A DNA stretch of 64,000 nt, taken from NCBI GenBank assembly GCA_039208735.1, contig JBCCQY010000001.1:1-64000 (forward strand). Reading direction: 5' to 3'. Below are positions 37,733 to 47,726 of this stretch, in pieces. The notes below the pieces were generated by a model. That model was not told the origin of the DNA and made no database searches. It saw only the letters and a list, made by a program, of their open reading frames with translations. The stretch is from Myxococcota bacterium. Its GTDB lineage: Bacteria; Myxococcota_A; UBA796; GCA-2862545. The position numbers and the translations under genes are program-made. Each line of letters begins with the position of its first letter. The first letter of the stretch is position 1.

Positions 37733-39457
37733 CTAGCATCCCGGCAACACCGCCCCGGTCGCGCGGTCGTAAACTGCGCCGGCATCGAGGTTCGAAAAGC
37801 CCACCTGGCCACACGACAGGGCGCTATCTTCGTCGGCGAGGTAGATCCCATAGCCGCCGCCCGGACCGATGGTGACGTCGTTGAGGGAGACGTTGGCGAT
37901 AGCGGTCAGGAACAGGGCCGCGGCGGATTCGCCATCGCCCGTGAACCGGTTGGCACCCGTGTCCCGCAGCACCGTATGGTTGAGGGTACTCAATGCACCG
38001 CCTGCGAACTGGATTCCCGTCCAAAAACCTCCCGTTCGCTCCTCGGCACCTTGTACGGTCACCGGCCGATCTGCGGTGCCCATCGCGTCGAAGCGCCCAT
38101 CGTCGTCAACGATGATGGAGGTGTCCTGCTGCACCTCGATGACCACCCCGGGCTCGATCGTAACGTCAGCCTCGATGTAGAAGCGGTCGCGGATGGCGTA
38201 GGGGACTCCCAAGTCACGCCACGTCGCATCAAAAGTCACCGAGTCGGTGTTTCCGTGAACCACATCAATCCGATTGAGGTCGTTTTCCTCGATCACGCTG
38301 GTGCCGTCCAGTTCTCCAACCCGGTCAGGATGCAGGAACATCGCACGCCCACCATCGACAAATCGGTTGTCGCCAAACCGAGCCAGCGAGGCTTCGTCAC
38401 TCGCCCACACGCCGTAGCGATCATGCCGGCGAAAGGTGGTTTGGGTGACGGACGCCGTCGAGGCTGAATTGAGCCACAGCGCGGCGGAGGTGCCATTTCG
38501 TCCATTCCAGTCGTCGCTGCCGGCATCGGCGATCTCGGCGTGTTGAAGCACAATGCCGGCTCCGATTGCGCCGCCGTCTGACGCCACTGCGATGCCCTGC
38601 CAGAATCCGCGCATGCTGGAGGTGCCTCGAAAGACAATTGGGTTCGTTTCCGTACCTTGGGCGTCCAGCGAGCCCCCCGTCTGAATCCGTAGGCTCGCGC
38701 CCTGACTGAATTCAAGGGTGGTTCCAGGCTCAAGCGCCATGGCTCCTTCCACGTAGAAGCGATCCTCGATCCGCCAGGGCACTCCAAGAGCGGCCCAGGT
38801 CTGGTCTTGAATCACCACGTCGTTGTTCGAAAATCCAACCCGCACGTAGGGATTGGTGTTTTCGATGAAGCTTGCGGTGAGGTTTCCCGCCACGTCGGGA
38901 TGAACGAAAGCTGGCGTGTCGTTGGCCTCAAAAACGAGATTTTGAGTCGCGAGTTGCACGTCGGACGTCGCGATCAGGCCGTGACCTGCGCTGCCCCGAA
39001 TCGTGACGTTTTCGAGGGTGAGCGATGCATTGCCATCCAAGAACACCGCCCCCGCGGACCACGTGGCCCCATTCCATCTGTCAGACCCGGCATATTCGAT
39101 CGTCGCGTGCTCCCATGCGTTGTCGGAGCCCGCGCCGAGGACTTGAATCCCCGTCCACCCAATGAGGGGGTCTCCAGTTGTCCACGTTACGGGCTCTTCC
39201 TCGGTTCCAGCCATTCGGAGCATGCCGCCAGGTTGGACGCGGACTCCCAGGTCCGCGGCGATGCCGATCGAAACACCGGGCTCGATGGTGACGGTGCCAT
39301 CTGAAAGGTTGAGTGGCTCCTCCACCCGCCAGCAGGACCCTTCCTCTAGAACGAGTCCTCCAACGAACTGGGCGTCGGTCAGCTCCTCGCAAGTCGAAAA
39401 GTCAACGCCCGAATCGCAAGCCGCGGTCATCAGCAACGCCATCGTCCAACGGTTCAT
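37733..39457 (-). CDS. Lipoprotein with right-handed beta-helix repeats
   Basis: MNRWTMALLMTAAC; three repeats of xIEPGx..GxLxAxGTxxxPxxF...GxWxGI. Confidence 0.8.
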   Translation of the reverse strand: MNRWTMALLMTAACDSGVDFSTCEELTDAQFVGGLVLEEGSCWRVEEPLNLSDGTVTIEPGVSIGIAADLGVRVQPGGMLRMAGTEEEPVTWTTGDPLIGWTGIQVLGAGSDNAWEHATIEYAGSDRWNGATWSAGAVFLDGNASLTLENVTIRGSAGHGLIATSDVQLATQNLVFEANDTPAFVHPDVAGNLTASFIENTNPYVRVGFSNNDVVIQDQTWAALGVPWRIEDRFYVEGAMALEPGTTLEFSQGASLRIQTGGSLDAQGTETNPIVFRGTSSMRGFWQGIAVASDGGAIGAGIVLQHAEIADAGSDDWNGRNGTSAALWLNSASTASVTQTTFRRHDRYGVWASDEASLARFGDNRFVDGGRAMFLHPDRVGELDGTSVIEENDLNRIDVVHGNTDSVTFDATWRDLGVPYAIRDRFYIEADVTIEPGVVIEVQQDTSIIVDDDGRFDAMGTADRPVTVQGAEERTGGFWTGIQFAGGALSTLNHTVLRDTGANRFTGDGESAAALFLTAIANVSLNDVTIGPGGGYGIYLADEDSALSCGQVGFSNLDAGAVYDRATGAVLPGC

Positions 39458-39562
39458 GAGACCTCCTGGACTAGCGGGTAGGCGGGTCGAAGCGGACCGC
39501 CCTTCGCGATTGCTTGGCGTTTTCTTGGAGGGCCCATGGCCTACAATGTGGTGGGAGGTGAA

Positions 39563-40849
39563 ATGCTGGTGTTGTCGTGGTTGATGGGATGCGGCGGAAT
39601 GGGGGAGGCAGGCCCTGATTCCAGACCAACCTTCGCCGATGTCGGCCCCATCTTTGAGCAACGTTGTGTGGGCTGTCACCAAGACGGAGGGATCGGGCCG
39701 TTTCCGCTGACGGATTACGACAATGCGCAGATGTGGGCTGAGGCGTCGGCCGCGGCGACCGCCGCCCGCACCATGCCCCCGTTCCTCGTGGTGGGCGATG
39801 GCACGTGTGGGGATTGGGTCGATAGCGAGTGGCTCACCGACGAAGAACTCGCGACCATCGCGGGCTGGGCCGAGGCGGGGGCTCCCGAAGGCGATGGCTA
39901 CGACGTCCAAGTTCCCGTGCCGCCGAGCCTCGAAGGGCCGGCGACCGAAGTGACGACCCCCGACTTTCTGCCCGAAATTGTCGGAGGCGAACTGGCGGAA
40001 TTCGACGAATATCGCTGCTTTGAAATCGAGTGGCCCCGCGAGGGGCGAACCTTCCTGACCGGCTACGATGTCATTCCCGGCAACCCCGCGCTCGTGCACC
40101 ACGTGTTGGCCTATGCCATTCCCATGGACGACCTGGCGCGCGACGGACAACGCACAAATCGAGAAGTGATCGACGGGCGCAAGGACGCCAATCGGGAAGG
40201 ATGGCCTTGCTTTTCGGGGGTAGGTCCTGGCGTTGACGCCGGGCCTGAACTCGTGAGTTGGGCGCCCGGTCAAGGCGCGGTCACCTTGCCGGACGGGTCA
40301 GGCATCGGCATCGACGCTGACGCTACATTGGTGGTCCAGGTGCACTACAACCTCGTGGACCCCAACGTTCGCGGTCAGCGGGATCAGTCCACGGTACGCC
40401 TGCAAGTAGCCGATGCGGTGGATCGCGAGATTGCGGTACTCCTCCCGGACTTATTCCTGAGCGGAGATACCGCTGTGACCCAGCTGCCGCCAGGTGAATC
40501 GGCCGTCGAAGTGGCGTACGACATTCCGATTTCGGTGGTCACCGACCTGCCGCTTGAGTTCGATCTATTGGGCTTCTTCCCGCATATGCACGAGCGCGGG
40601 CGTCGCATGTCGGTCGCATTCAGCCATTCGGACGGACGAGAAGACACCTGCGTGGGTCAAGTGGACAACTGGGATTTCGACTGGCAGCGCATTTACTTCT
40701 ACAACTCGCCCATTCGGTTTTCGACGGCAGACACCCTCACCGTGCGATGTGAGTACGACACCACCGGTGAAAGTGAGCCCATCCTGCCCGGTTGGGGGAC
40801 ACAGAACGAGATGTGCCTGCCTGGCGTGTTCATCAGCCTGGCGCAGTAG
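39563..40849 (+). CDS. Copper type II ascorbate-dependent monooxygenase-like lipoprotein with an N-terminal c-type heme motif
   Basis: LMGC; CVGCH...MPP; DEYRCF, VHHV, QVHYN, PHMHERG, WDFDWQ, NEMC. Confidence 0.82.
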   Translation: MLVLSWLMGCGGMGEAGPDSRPTFADVGPIFEQRCVGCHQDGGIGPFPLTDYDNAQMWAEASAAATAARTMPPFLVVGDGTCGDWVDSEWLTDEELATIAGWAEAGAPEGDGYDVQVPVPPSLEGPATEVTTPDFLPEIVGGELAEFDEYRCFEIEWPREGRTFLTGYDVIPGNPALVHHVLAYAIPMDDLARDGQRTNREVIDGRKDANREGWPCFSGVGPGVDAGPELVSWAPGQGAVTLPDGSGIGIDADATLVVQVHYNLVDPNVRGQRDQSTVRLQVADAVDREIAVLLPDLFLSGDTAVTQLPPGESAVEVAYDIPISVVTDLPLEFDLLGFFPHMHERGRRMSVAFSHSDGREDTCVGQVDNWDFDWQRIYFYNSPIRFSTADTLTVRCEYDTTGESEPILPGWGTQNEMCLPGVFISLAQ

Positions 40850-42071
40850 GCGGCCACACCGTTCGTGCGAGGAGGCCTCCTTCGGGCGAGGCGGCGAGTT
40901 CGAAGGTGCCTCCATGGTGGGTCAGAATGTCCGCCACGATGGCCAGACCAAGCCCGTGGCCCTGCGATGGGCCCACGGTGCCAAACGGGGCGAGGGCATC
41001 TTCACGACGGGCCTCGGGAATGCCGGGCCCGTCATCGTGAACCTCGAGCACCGTGCCGTGCGGGGACTCATAGGTTCGCACGGTGACCCTTTGCTCGGCG
41101 AAGCGGACCGCGTTGGCGAGCAGGTTGCGCAGCACACGCACGAAGAGCTTCGGATCGGCATCGAGGGTGGCCGCTTGCAGGTCGCGTCGGAGCGTCGCCG
41201 GAGTCTCTAGGGTGCGCACGAGTGCATCGAGCACTGGGGCCAGCTCGACTCGCTGTCGGGTGGGAGGCCGGTCCGGTTCGCGCAACCGAGCGTGGGTCAG
41301 CAGGTCCTCGACCAGGCTGTCGAGTTCCGCGAGGTCGGCATCGAGGGCGGCCTCGCGGGCATCACGGTCGCCGTCGGTCTGGGCCAGCAAGTGAACGCCG
41401 ATCCGCAACCGCGCAATGGGGGTGCGTAGCTCGTGCGATGCGGTTCGCAGCAGGTGGTCCCTGGCTTGCACCAGCTTTTCGACGCGTTGCGCCATGCGGT
41501 TCAGGGCATCGCCAATGGCGGGGGCAGCGCGCATGTCGGAGACCGACACACGTGCGGCGAGATCTCCATCTCGGATGGCCAAGGCCGTTGAGGCGATGGC
41601 GCGCTGGGCTCGGTCGAGCGGACGAAGGGCGAGCCACGCGGCTACGCCGAGGGCGAAAGCAAGCCCGATGGCAAGGGCGATGCGTCCCCCCCAAGGGGTC
41701 GAGGGATACGCCGCGAAGGGGCCGACCCGAAGCCACGTGCCCTTGGATGACCGCACCAGATAGTGCTCGCGACCGTCGTGCTCATACCAGGCGGTTTGAA
41801 GGTGGGGATGGGCCAACGGAAGCGCCGCGGTCGCGGTCTGGGGCGACACCTCTCGCACGGGCACCCCCCATTGCCGTTCGAGTTCTTCGAGGGTTCGTCC
41901 CTGATCGTAGAGTTCGGCCGTGCTCCACAACCCCCCAAGGACGAACTGTTGGTAGTACTCTGCGGCGTCGTCGTTGTAGCTATCGAGGATCCACAACCCC
42001 TCTTGGACGAGCAGGCCCGCGGTAAGGAGTGCGGTGGTGATTCCCCAAAGCCAAAGGTAGACCCGCTTCAT
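40833..42071 (-). CDS. Sensor histidine kinase (RstB-like, HAMP-HisKA-HATPase)
   Basis: Two TM segments; SHELRTPIAR; NLLANAVRF; VHDDGPGI; GHGLGLAIV. Confidence 0.92.
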   Translation of the reverse strand: MKRVYLWLWGITTALLTAGLLVQEGLWILDSYNDDAAEYYQQFVLGGLWSTAELYDQGRTLEELERQWGVPVREVSPQTATAALPLAHPHLQTAWYEHDGREHYLVRSSKGTWLRVGPFAAYPSTPWGGRIALAIGLAFALGVAAWLALRPLDRAQRAIASTALAIRDGDLAARVSVSDMRAAPAIGDALNRMAQRVEKLVQARDHLLRTASHELRTPIARLRIGVHLLAQTDGDRDAREAALDADLAELDSLVEDLLTHARLREPDRPPTRQRVELAPVLDALVRTLETPATLRRDLQAATLDADPKLFVRVLRNLLANAVRFAEQRVTVRTYESPHGTVLEVHDDGPGIPEARREDALAPFGTVGPSQGHGLGLAIVADILTHHGGTFELAASPEGGLLARTVWPPTAPG

Positions 42072-42745
42072 TCGGCCGGAGGCATCAGGTACCCCTCCCC
42101 ATGGATGGTCTTGACCCATTGTCGGTCGTTTGAGCCGTCCGCCAACGTCTTTCGAACGCGCGAGATTCGAACGTCCATGGACCGATCGACGCCATCGTAG
42201 GGAAAGCCTCGAAGGTCGCGGTAGAGCTGGTCGCGAGAGACGACCTGCCCCACCCGTTCGATGAGGTAGTGCAGGAGCTGGAACTCGGCGGTGGACAGTT
42301 CGAGCGGGGTGTCGTCGAGCAGGGCCACCCGCCGCCGCGGATCCACGATCAACGGTCCATTTCGTAGCACCGAAGTGGGAGTCAAGGCCGGACGACGAAG
42401 CAGAGCGCCGACCCGAGCGAGGAGTCGGCGCGGAGCCACGGGCTTCGCCAGGTAGTCGTCTGCCCCCAGTTCGAGGCCGACCACTTCGTCGATCTCGTCC
42501 CCTCGTGCGGTCAGGATCAGGATTCGGCCTGGGTACTCGGCACGTACCTGTCGGCAAACACTGAATCCATCTTGCCCCGGGAGTCCGATGTCGAGAATGA
42601 CGAGTTCAGGCTCTTCGGCGCGAATTCGTGTCACCGCCTCATCGCCGCGCGTGCAGATGCTCGCCGTATGTCCCGCTCCCGCCAACAGCTCCACGAGCAA
42701 GGCAGCTAGCCGTTCATCGTCCTCGACCACGAGCACTTGGGCCAT
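42068..42745 (-). CDS. OmpR-family response regulator (RstA-like)
   Basis: VVEDD, LDIGLPG, GADDYLAKP, YDGVDRSMDVRISRVR, KTIHGEGY. Confidence 0.95.
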   Translation of the reverse strand: MAQVLVVEDDERLAALLVELLAGAGHTASICTRGDEAVTRIRAEEPELVILDIGLPGQDGFSVCRQVRAEYPGRILILTARGDEIDEVVGLELGADDYLAKPVAPRRLLARVGALLRRPALTPTSVLRNGPLIVDPRRRVALLDDTPLELSTAEFQLLHYLIERVGQVVSRDQLYRDLRGFPYDGVDRSMDVRISRVRKTLADGSNDRQWVKTIHGEGYLMPPAE

Positions 42746-43099
42746 CTAGCGGTCCAATTCGCACTGGACCCAGGTCTGAAGCCGCTCCCGTTCGGTCTCG
42801 GAGCTGCCTCCCACGGGGGGCATGTCTCGATCCGGAGACGCCGCCCGGGCGAGGATCCGCTCGAAGTGGCGAGCCGCACCGGCCTCGGTATCGAAGTCGA
42901 CCCCTACCGGAGCCCCCGCCCGGTCCTCGTCGGTCAGGGCTTGGTGATGGCAGCCCATGCACCAGCTCCGCAGGTATCCTTCGCCGAAGGTCTCCCAGGT
43001 CAGCCGGGCGCAGGGGTCGGAGGTGTCGATCGAGGCGACGGAGGCTGGTTCGCCACAGCTGACTACGACCAGCGCGCCCAGACTACGCCACCACGGCAC
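42746..43099 (-). CDS. Small mono-heme cytochrome c-like lipoprotein
   Basis: VVSC lipobox; CMGCH; RAGAP..VDFD; MPP distal ligand. Confidence 0.75.
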   Translation of the reverse strand: MPWWRSLGALVVVSCGEPASVASIDTSDPCARLTWETFGEGYLRSWCMGCHHQALTDEDRAGAPVGVDFDTEAGAARHFERILARAASPDRDMPPVGGSSETERERLQTWVQCELDR

Positions 43100-44315
43100 G
43101 AATCACCTCGGCCTTGGGGTAGAGTGCGGACGCGTCGAGCCCCATCAGGGATGCGGTCGTGGCGAGGACGTCTTCGGCCTGCAAGGCGCGACCTGCCGCA
43201 TCGGGGCGACCCGTCTTGAGATCGACGGGGCGTTGTTGCAGTCCTTCGTCGCTGCCGTCGACGAGGGTGGAACGAACGCCTGGACCGATCAGCATCGCGC
43301 TCGTAAAGGGCCAATGATCCTTGCCTTCGAGTCGGTTGAGCAAGGGCGACCGGCCCATCTCAGAGATGACGAGCACGACGGTCCGATCGGCTTCGCCAGC
43401 CGTTTGAAGGGCCGTCATCAGTCGGTCGAGCCCCGCGAACAGGTCGTGGAAGAGGGGGCGCTGCAGGCGATTCGCGCTGTGGGTGTCCCAGTACCCGTCG
43501 TCCTGGACGAACACGGCCCGGCTGAAGCCTTCCGCAAGGGCTGCGGCCGCCTTCTCGAACGGATCGGTCTGGTACAGGCCCTCCGGATCGGCGAGGAATC
43601 CCCCTTGGTCGGCGTGCTGGCGAATCGCCGCGGCGCGGTCGAGCGACGTTCGCCAGTCTTGCACGGTCTGAACGTCGCCGGGACGGGCCTTTGCAAACCG
43701 CGAGTGGGCCACGTCGAGGTACTGGCTCACGGCGTCGGAGGCGGCGGCATCGGGTCGGTACGGGACCGTGGCCGATGGGTAGGCAAAATCCGGAACCACC
43801 AACGATGCGAGCTGGTTGCTGTAGCCGAGGACGCCACTTTGGGCGGCAAGGGACTGCGGGCGGGCTCCGGCGCCGGTGCGCAGGTAGGGCAGCGGAAGGT
43901 CCCGACCCAGCGCGTCAGCGACCCGTGCGCCAAGGTCAGGCGGGTGGGCGAGTCCCACGGAGCCCGTCAACACCTTCTGGGCGCAGGTCTCGTGGACCAA
44001 CGAGTTGACGGCGACCCCGTTCACCACCGCCATGCGATCCGCGTAGGCGGTCAGGAAGTCGTGGACGTCGGTGCGGTTGCCTCCGGATGGCCGCCACAAG
44101 GGCAAAGCCCCGTACTCGACCACCTCACCGTCAGGAGTGTCGACGAGGGACGAGCCGGGTTTGGGATCGAAGAGGTAGGTCGGGTCCCACCCCCCGTAGG
44201 CGAACACGATGACCAGGCGGGGGTCACTCGGGGAGGCGGCACGCGCGGACCGCGCACCCATCCAACCCACCGAGGCGGCGGCTCCCAGCTTGAGGAGGTC
44301 TCGACGGCGAAACAT
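43083..44315 (-). CDS. DUF1501-family Tat-exported protein
   Basis: FRRRDLLK; GGWDP..FDPK; WDTH; SEMGRSP..N...GKDHWP. Confidence 0.88.
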   Translation of the reverse strand: MFRRRDLLKLGAAASVGWMGARSARAASPSDPRLVIVFAYGGWDPTYLFDPKPGSSLVDTPDGEVVEYGALPLWRPSGGNRTDVHDFLTAYADRMAVVNGVAVNSLVHETCAQKVLTGSVGLAHPPDLGARVADALGRDLPLPYLRTGAGARPQSLAAQSGVLGYSNQLASLVVPDFAYPSATVPYRPDAAASDAVSQYLDVAHSRFAKARPGDVQTVQDWRTSLDRAAAIRQHADQGGFLADPEGLYQTDPFEKAAAALAEGFSRAVFVQDDGYWDTHSANRLQRPLFHDLFAGLDRLMTALQTAGEADRTVVLVISEMGRSPLLNRLEGKDHWPFTSAMLIGPGVRSTLVDGSDEGLQQRPVDLKTGRPDAAGRALQAEDVLATTASLMGLDASALYPKAEVIRAVVA

Positions 44316-44324
44316 GGATGCCTC

Positions 44325-45962
44325 TCAGTAGAACAGGATGCGGGGATGTTGGAGCATGGCGAAGACCACGGCGGTCCAGGCGGCTTCGGGATTTGCGGTG
44401 CCACCTCCCGCCTGGTGGACGTCCCACAACGCATCGATTTCGGGGTTGTCGGTCGTGAGACGCTCGCCGTAGAGCCGGAAATGAAGGGTCATCAGGACCT
44501 CACGAATCTGGGCCTCGTCTGCGTCATCGGCAACCGCAGGGAGCAACCGTCGTTCGGTCGGGGCTACCGCCAGGTCGGCCTGTACGACCGTGGGCGCTGC
44601 GCGTTCGGCCAATGCGCGGAGGGCTAGCAAGGTGGTGGGATCGACGGTCGTCATGGGGTCCCACTCGTCGTAGCCGTCAGGGCCGCCTGCGAGCGTCTTG
44701 TACCCGAAGGTGACGTCCTCGAGCAGGGGCACGTCTCCGATGCGACCAAAGCCCAGACCGAAGTTCAGCGTGGTCGTCCAACGAAATCCAGTCAGGTCCT
44801 CGATCGAGCGGGCAACCATCCACGGCGTCATGCGTCGGATTCCCCGAGGGGCGGTTTCGCGGAAGGCGTTCGAAAGGACGAGGTGTTTGACGAGGGGCCG
44901 AACCTGGAATCCCGCGTCCACAAATCTCGGCAAGGCAGCGTCGACGATGGCGTTATCGACGTCCTCGGCGGGTTGGGTGAGCAGTTGCCCGGCGAATCGT
45001 CGAATGCTGCAGCGCCAAAACCGGCTGTCTTCGGCGATCTGTTGCCCAAGGTCATAGATGTCGGCCACCGGCTCACCGTAGAAGCGCGGAGGCGCGTAGT
45101 CTGCGGCGAGTGCAGGGTCGTACTCGGCGATGGGGTAGCGGAACGTGTATTGGGGAACGATCACCCTGCGGTAAGGGGCAAATGCGGCCCCGAGCGGGTC
45201 GAGGGTGTGGTGGCAGGACACGCACACCGGATTTTCTTCGATGGCGTTGCGTCCGCCGGCGGTGAGATCGGTCTCGAGCGGGACGCGGACCTCGCGCTTC
45301 ATGTAATCGTGGCAGAGCAGGGCCCGGGAGAGATGCGCGGCTCGCGAGCGTTGGCGATTGGTCTCGGTGCTTGCGTGGCGGACGTGGAGCCACGGATCCG
45401 AGAGCACCCCGGCGTGGGGGCGTCCGTCTTCGTAGGTTGTGACCTGCCAGCCGCCGGCCTCCTCGTCGTAGGGGAGGCCCCATACCGTAGCCACGACGTC
45501 GTTCGCCAGGGTGTAGTCGGCGGTCACGAGTTCGGTGTAGGGGCGGTCGGTGACCACGATGTACTCGGCTAAACGAGCCGGAGCTTCGGAGATCGACTCG
45601 TTAACCGCCCAGGCGCCTCGGTCAGCCAGTGGTCCCCGCGCCGGAAACCCCATAGGGTAGTAGTTGTTGTCGACATCCGCGAGGAGCCATTCGTCGTGCA
45701 TGTGACGTACGACTTCTCCAAACTGGGGGCTTTCCAACCACGCGTCGATCTGGGTCTCGAGTTCGTCCGGCGCGCGCTCGACGGCTTCGAGTTCTTCGAG
45801 TGAAGGGCGAACGCCGCGCAACGAAAGGCTCGCGCGTACCAAGTGCTCCGTGGGGCTTACGAAGTCCCCATCGGGCCTGTCGGCCGGTTCAGGCGGGGTT
45901 CCTGAACAACTGGCGAGCAGTGCGAACAACAGTGGGGCCAGACTCCGGCGAGGTGAACGCAT
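44325..45962 (-). CDS. DUF1592/DUF1588/DUF1585-like lipoprotein with a CxxCH motif
   Basis: LASC lipobox; RASLSLRGVRPS; ELVTADYT; HAGVLS; RALLCHDY; CVSCHHTLDPLG. Confidence 0.75.
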   Translation of the reverse strand: MRSPRRSLAPLLFALLASCSGTPPEPADRPDGDFVSPTEHLVRASLSLRGVRPSLEELEAVERAPDELETQIDAWLESPQFGEVVRHMHDEWLLADVDNNYYPMGFPARGPLADRGAWAVNESISEAPARLAEYIVVTDRPYTELVTADYTLANDVVATVWGLPYDEEAGGWQVTTYEDGRPHAGVLSDPWLHVRHASTETNRQRSRAAHLSRALLCHDYMKREVRVPLETDLTAGGRNAIEENPVCVSCHHTLDPLGAAFAPYRRVIVPQYTFRYPIAEYDPALAADYAPPRFYGEPVADIYDLGQQIAEDSRFWRCSIRRFAGQLLTQPAEDVDNAIVDAALPRFVDAGFQVRPLVKHLVLSNAFRETAPRGIRRMTPWMVARSIEDLTGFRWTTTLNFGLGFGRIGDVPLLEDVTFGYKTLAGGPDGYDEWDPMTTVDPTTLLALRALAERAAPTVVQADLAVAPTERRLLPAVADDADEAQIREVLMTLHFRLYGERLTTDNPEIDALWDVHQAGGGTANPEAAWTAVVFAMLQHPRILFY

Positions 45963-46016
45963 GGCATCTCCTGATCGCCATTGTGCACCCGTCGACGGAA
46001 CTGTGCCGTGTCCTAC

Positions 46017-46041
46017 TGTATGGAAGGTGTTTCAAGACGTA
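46017..46041 (-). promoter_or_regulatory. Candidate OmpR/RstA-type direct repeats upstream of the DUF1592-like operon
   Basis: Minus strand TACG-N6-AACA-N7-TACA, about 10-11 bp period. Confidence 0.35.
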
Positions 46042-46108
46042 ACGGGCCCCGTGGTCTCGCTGATTGGAATGGTCTGGCGTAGCCATTCGGGCCCCTACGA
46101 TCTGACGA

Positions 46109-46897
46109 TCAGAACGCGTTGGTGGTGATGGTCACGTCGGCCTGGTCGAAGATCTCGGGATTCGAGAAGAAGGGGAAGGAGAAGGGATCCGTACCTACGA
46201 TCGACTCGATGCTGGAGCCAAATGCGGTCAGCTCCACCTGGGAGCCTTCGCCAAACCGGATGCCGGTCACCACGTTGGACTGCACCACATTGCCGTCGGT
46301 CGGCGACTGAACCCAATAATTGAACGTTGTGACCGGCTGCGGGGCTTCGTGCGGGTCAGGCAAGACCACGGGACCGTCCAATAAGAAGGCAAAATCAAAG
46401 GGCCGCGGGAACACGAGTTCGAAGTCGGCCTCGCCGGGGTTTGTGGGCGTGAGTTCATAGGACAGGAAGAATGGCGTCCAGCGTGCATTCGCGCCCGTGC
46501 TCCTCAGCTCGAGGGCGAGCAGGAGGTGGTCGGTTGCGAAGGCGAGTTGGTAAAAGTTGCCGCCATTCTCGAAGCCTGGCGGCGGCACGATGCCAACGCC
46601 GAACTGGGCGAAGATGCGGTCATGGAGGGAGATGCCGCTGGCGATGATCTCGTCACAGCGACCGCCCTGGGCCACCACCGTCGAAAGAAACAAGACCGGT
46701 GCGCCATTCTCGTCGACAATGACGTTGCCTTCATCATCGGTAGCGGGGAAGGACAGCGGAACAAACGGAGCGGGCACGAGCGCGGAAATGGCATCGGTCG
46801 GGACGACCCCGACGCCCGCAAACTCGTCACAATCGAGGTACTGGGCGTCCGGACCGGTGGCGAACGCGGGGGCAATCGAGCTGAGCAACCAGAGCAT
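46109..46897 (-). CDS. Secreted hypothetical protein (possibly acetoacetate-decarboxylase-like fold)
   Basis: GGAG RBS; signal peptide; VPTDAISALVPAPFVP resembles an ADC-like N-terminus. Confidence 0.65.
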   Translation of the reverse strand: MLWLLSSIAPAFATGPDAQYLDCDEFAGVGVVPTDAISALVPAPFVPLSFPATDDEGNVIVDENGAPVLFLSTVVAQGGRCDEIIASGISLHDRIFAQFGVGIVPPPGFENGGNFYQLAFATDHLLLALELRSTGANARWTPFFLSYELTPTNPGEADFELVFPRPFDFAFLLDGPVVLPDPHEAPQPVTTFNYWVQSPTDGNVVQSNVVTGIRFGEGSQVELTAFGSSIESIVGTDPFSFPFFSNPEIFDQADVTITTNAF

Positions 46898-47065
46898 CGT
46901 TTCTCCCTATTGGCGCACGTAGATTTAACGTCAGAGAGCTCGATGAGCACGGCCTAGTCGGCAAATATCGGTCGTCGAAGAGCGAATCGCCACCCCTGCC
47001 GTACCGGGGCGCTATCGGACGCCCTCACCCGTGGCCGACGACGGCACGAACATCATGAGCTGTAG

Positions 47066-47476
47066 CTACGTCTGCGCCAAGGCCTCGACGAGGTCACCGA
47101 GCCGTTGATCGACTTCCGTCTGGGCACGTTCCCAATCTGGCAACGCCCGTTCAAGCAACGCGATTCCGTCGTCCGTGGCCTGCAGCGCGCGCTCTCGACC
47201 GTCGTTGGGGGAGGACACGATGATTCCATCGGCACGCATGCCTCGTAGGTTGCGCGAGAGGGTCGACTTGTCGATCTCGAGTGGTCCAACCAGTTGGGAC
47301 GCCGTCACCCCGGGGTTGGCCGCGATGGCCACGAGCAGGTTGAAGCGGGCGGCGGAAAGCCCGTGCGGGTCGAGATAGCGACCGTACAATCGCGTCAGGG
47401 ATCGATTGAGGCGACGGACACGCATCGCGTAGCAGCGTGCGGCAATGCGTTGAGCGGTGGGAAGGGGCAGGGCCAT
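47066..47476 (-). CDS. MarR-family regulator
   Basis: CYAMRVRRLNRSLTRLY..LDPHGLSAARFNLL...IDKSTLSRNL...DGR. Confidence 0.88.
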   Translation of the reverse strand: MALPLPTAQRIAARCYAMRVRRLNRSLTRLYGRYLDPHGLSAARFNLLVAIAANPGVTASQLVGPLEIDKSTLSRNLRGMRADGIIVSSPNDGRERALQATDDGIALLERALPDWERAQTEVDQRLGDLVEALAQT

Positions 47477-47481
47477 GGTGG

Positions 47482-47497
47482 GGTTGTACTTGCAACC
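47482..47497. promoter_or_regulatory. Palindrome directly upstream of the marR start (probable autoregulatory operator)
   Basis: GGTTGTA-CT-TGCAACC, 5 bp from the ATG. Confidence 0.5.
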
Positions 47498-47726
47498 ATC
47501 CCCGCTGGCCATCACAGCGTCTTGCACCGCTACAAGGCCCAGCGGGAACCATCCCCGGCTCCGTTCCTTTGATGAGCCCCCGCACTTGGGGGCAGGGCCC
47601 GCCACGCCCAGCTGGCTCGCAGCCGAACCCGCTCCGCCCAACGCTGGAAGTGACCAGTAGCCAAGCATCATCAACGATCTGCTCGGGCCTCAGTGTGCGG
47701 ATTTCGTCCGATGCGACGGAACTCGT

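Noticed and set aside
39458..40273. N-terminal extension of the 846-aa ORF (likewise the extensions of 1767..3686, 28899..30581, 40833..42557 and 12781..13539)
   Set aside because: The extensions overlap neighbouring real genes or regulatory gaps. Internal starts with an RBS, signal peptide or family N-terminus fit better.
42957..44627. 556-aa plus-strand ORF (likewise 29301..30521, 48803..50047, 52248..53771, 60115..61401)
   Set aside because: Antisense to well-supported genes, with no recognisable domains.
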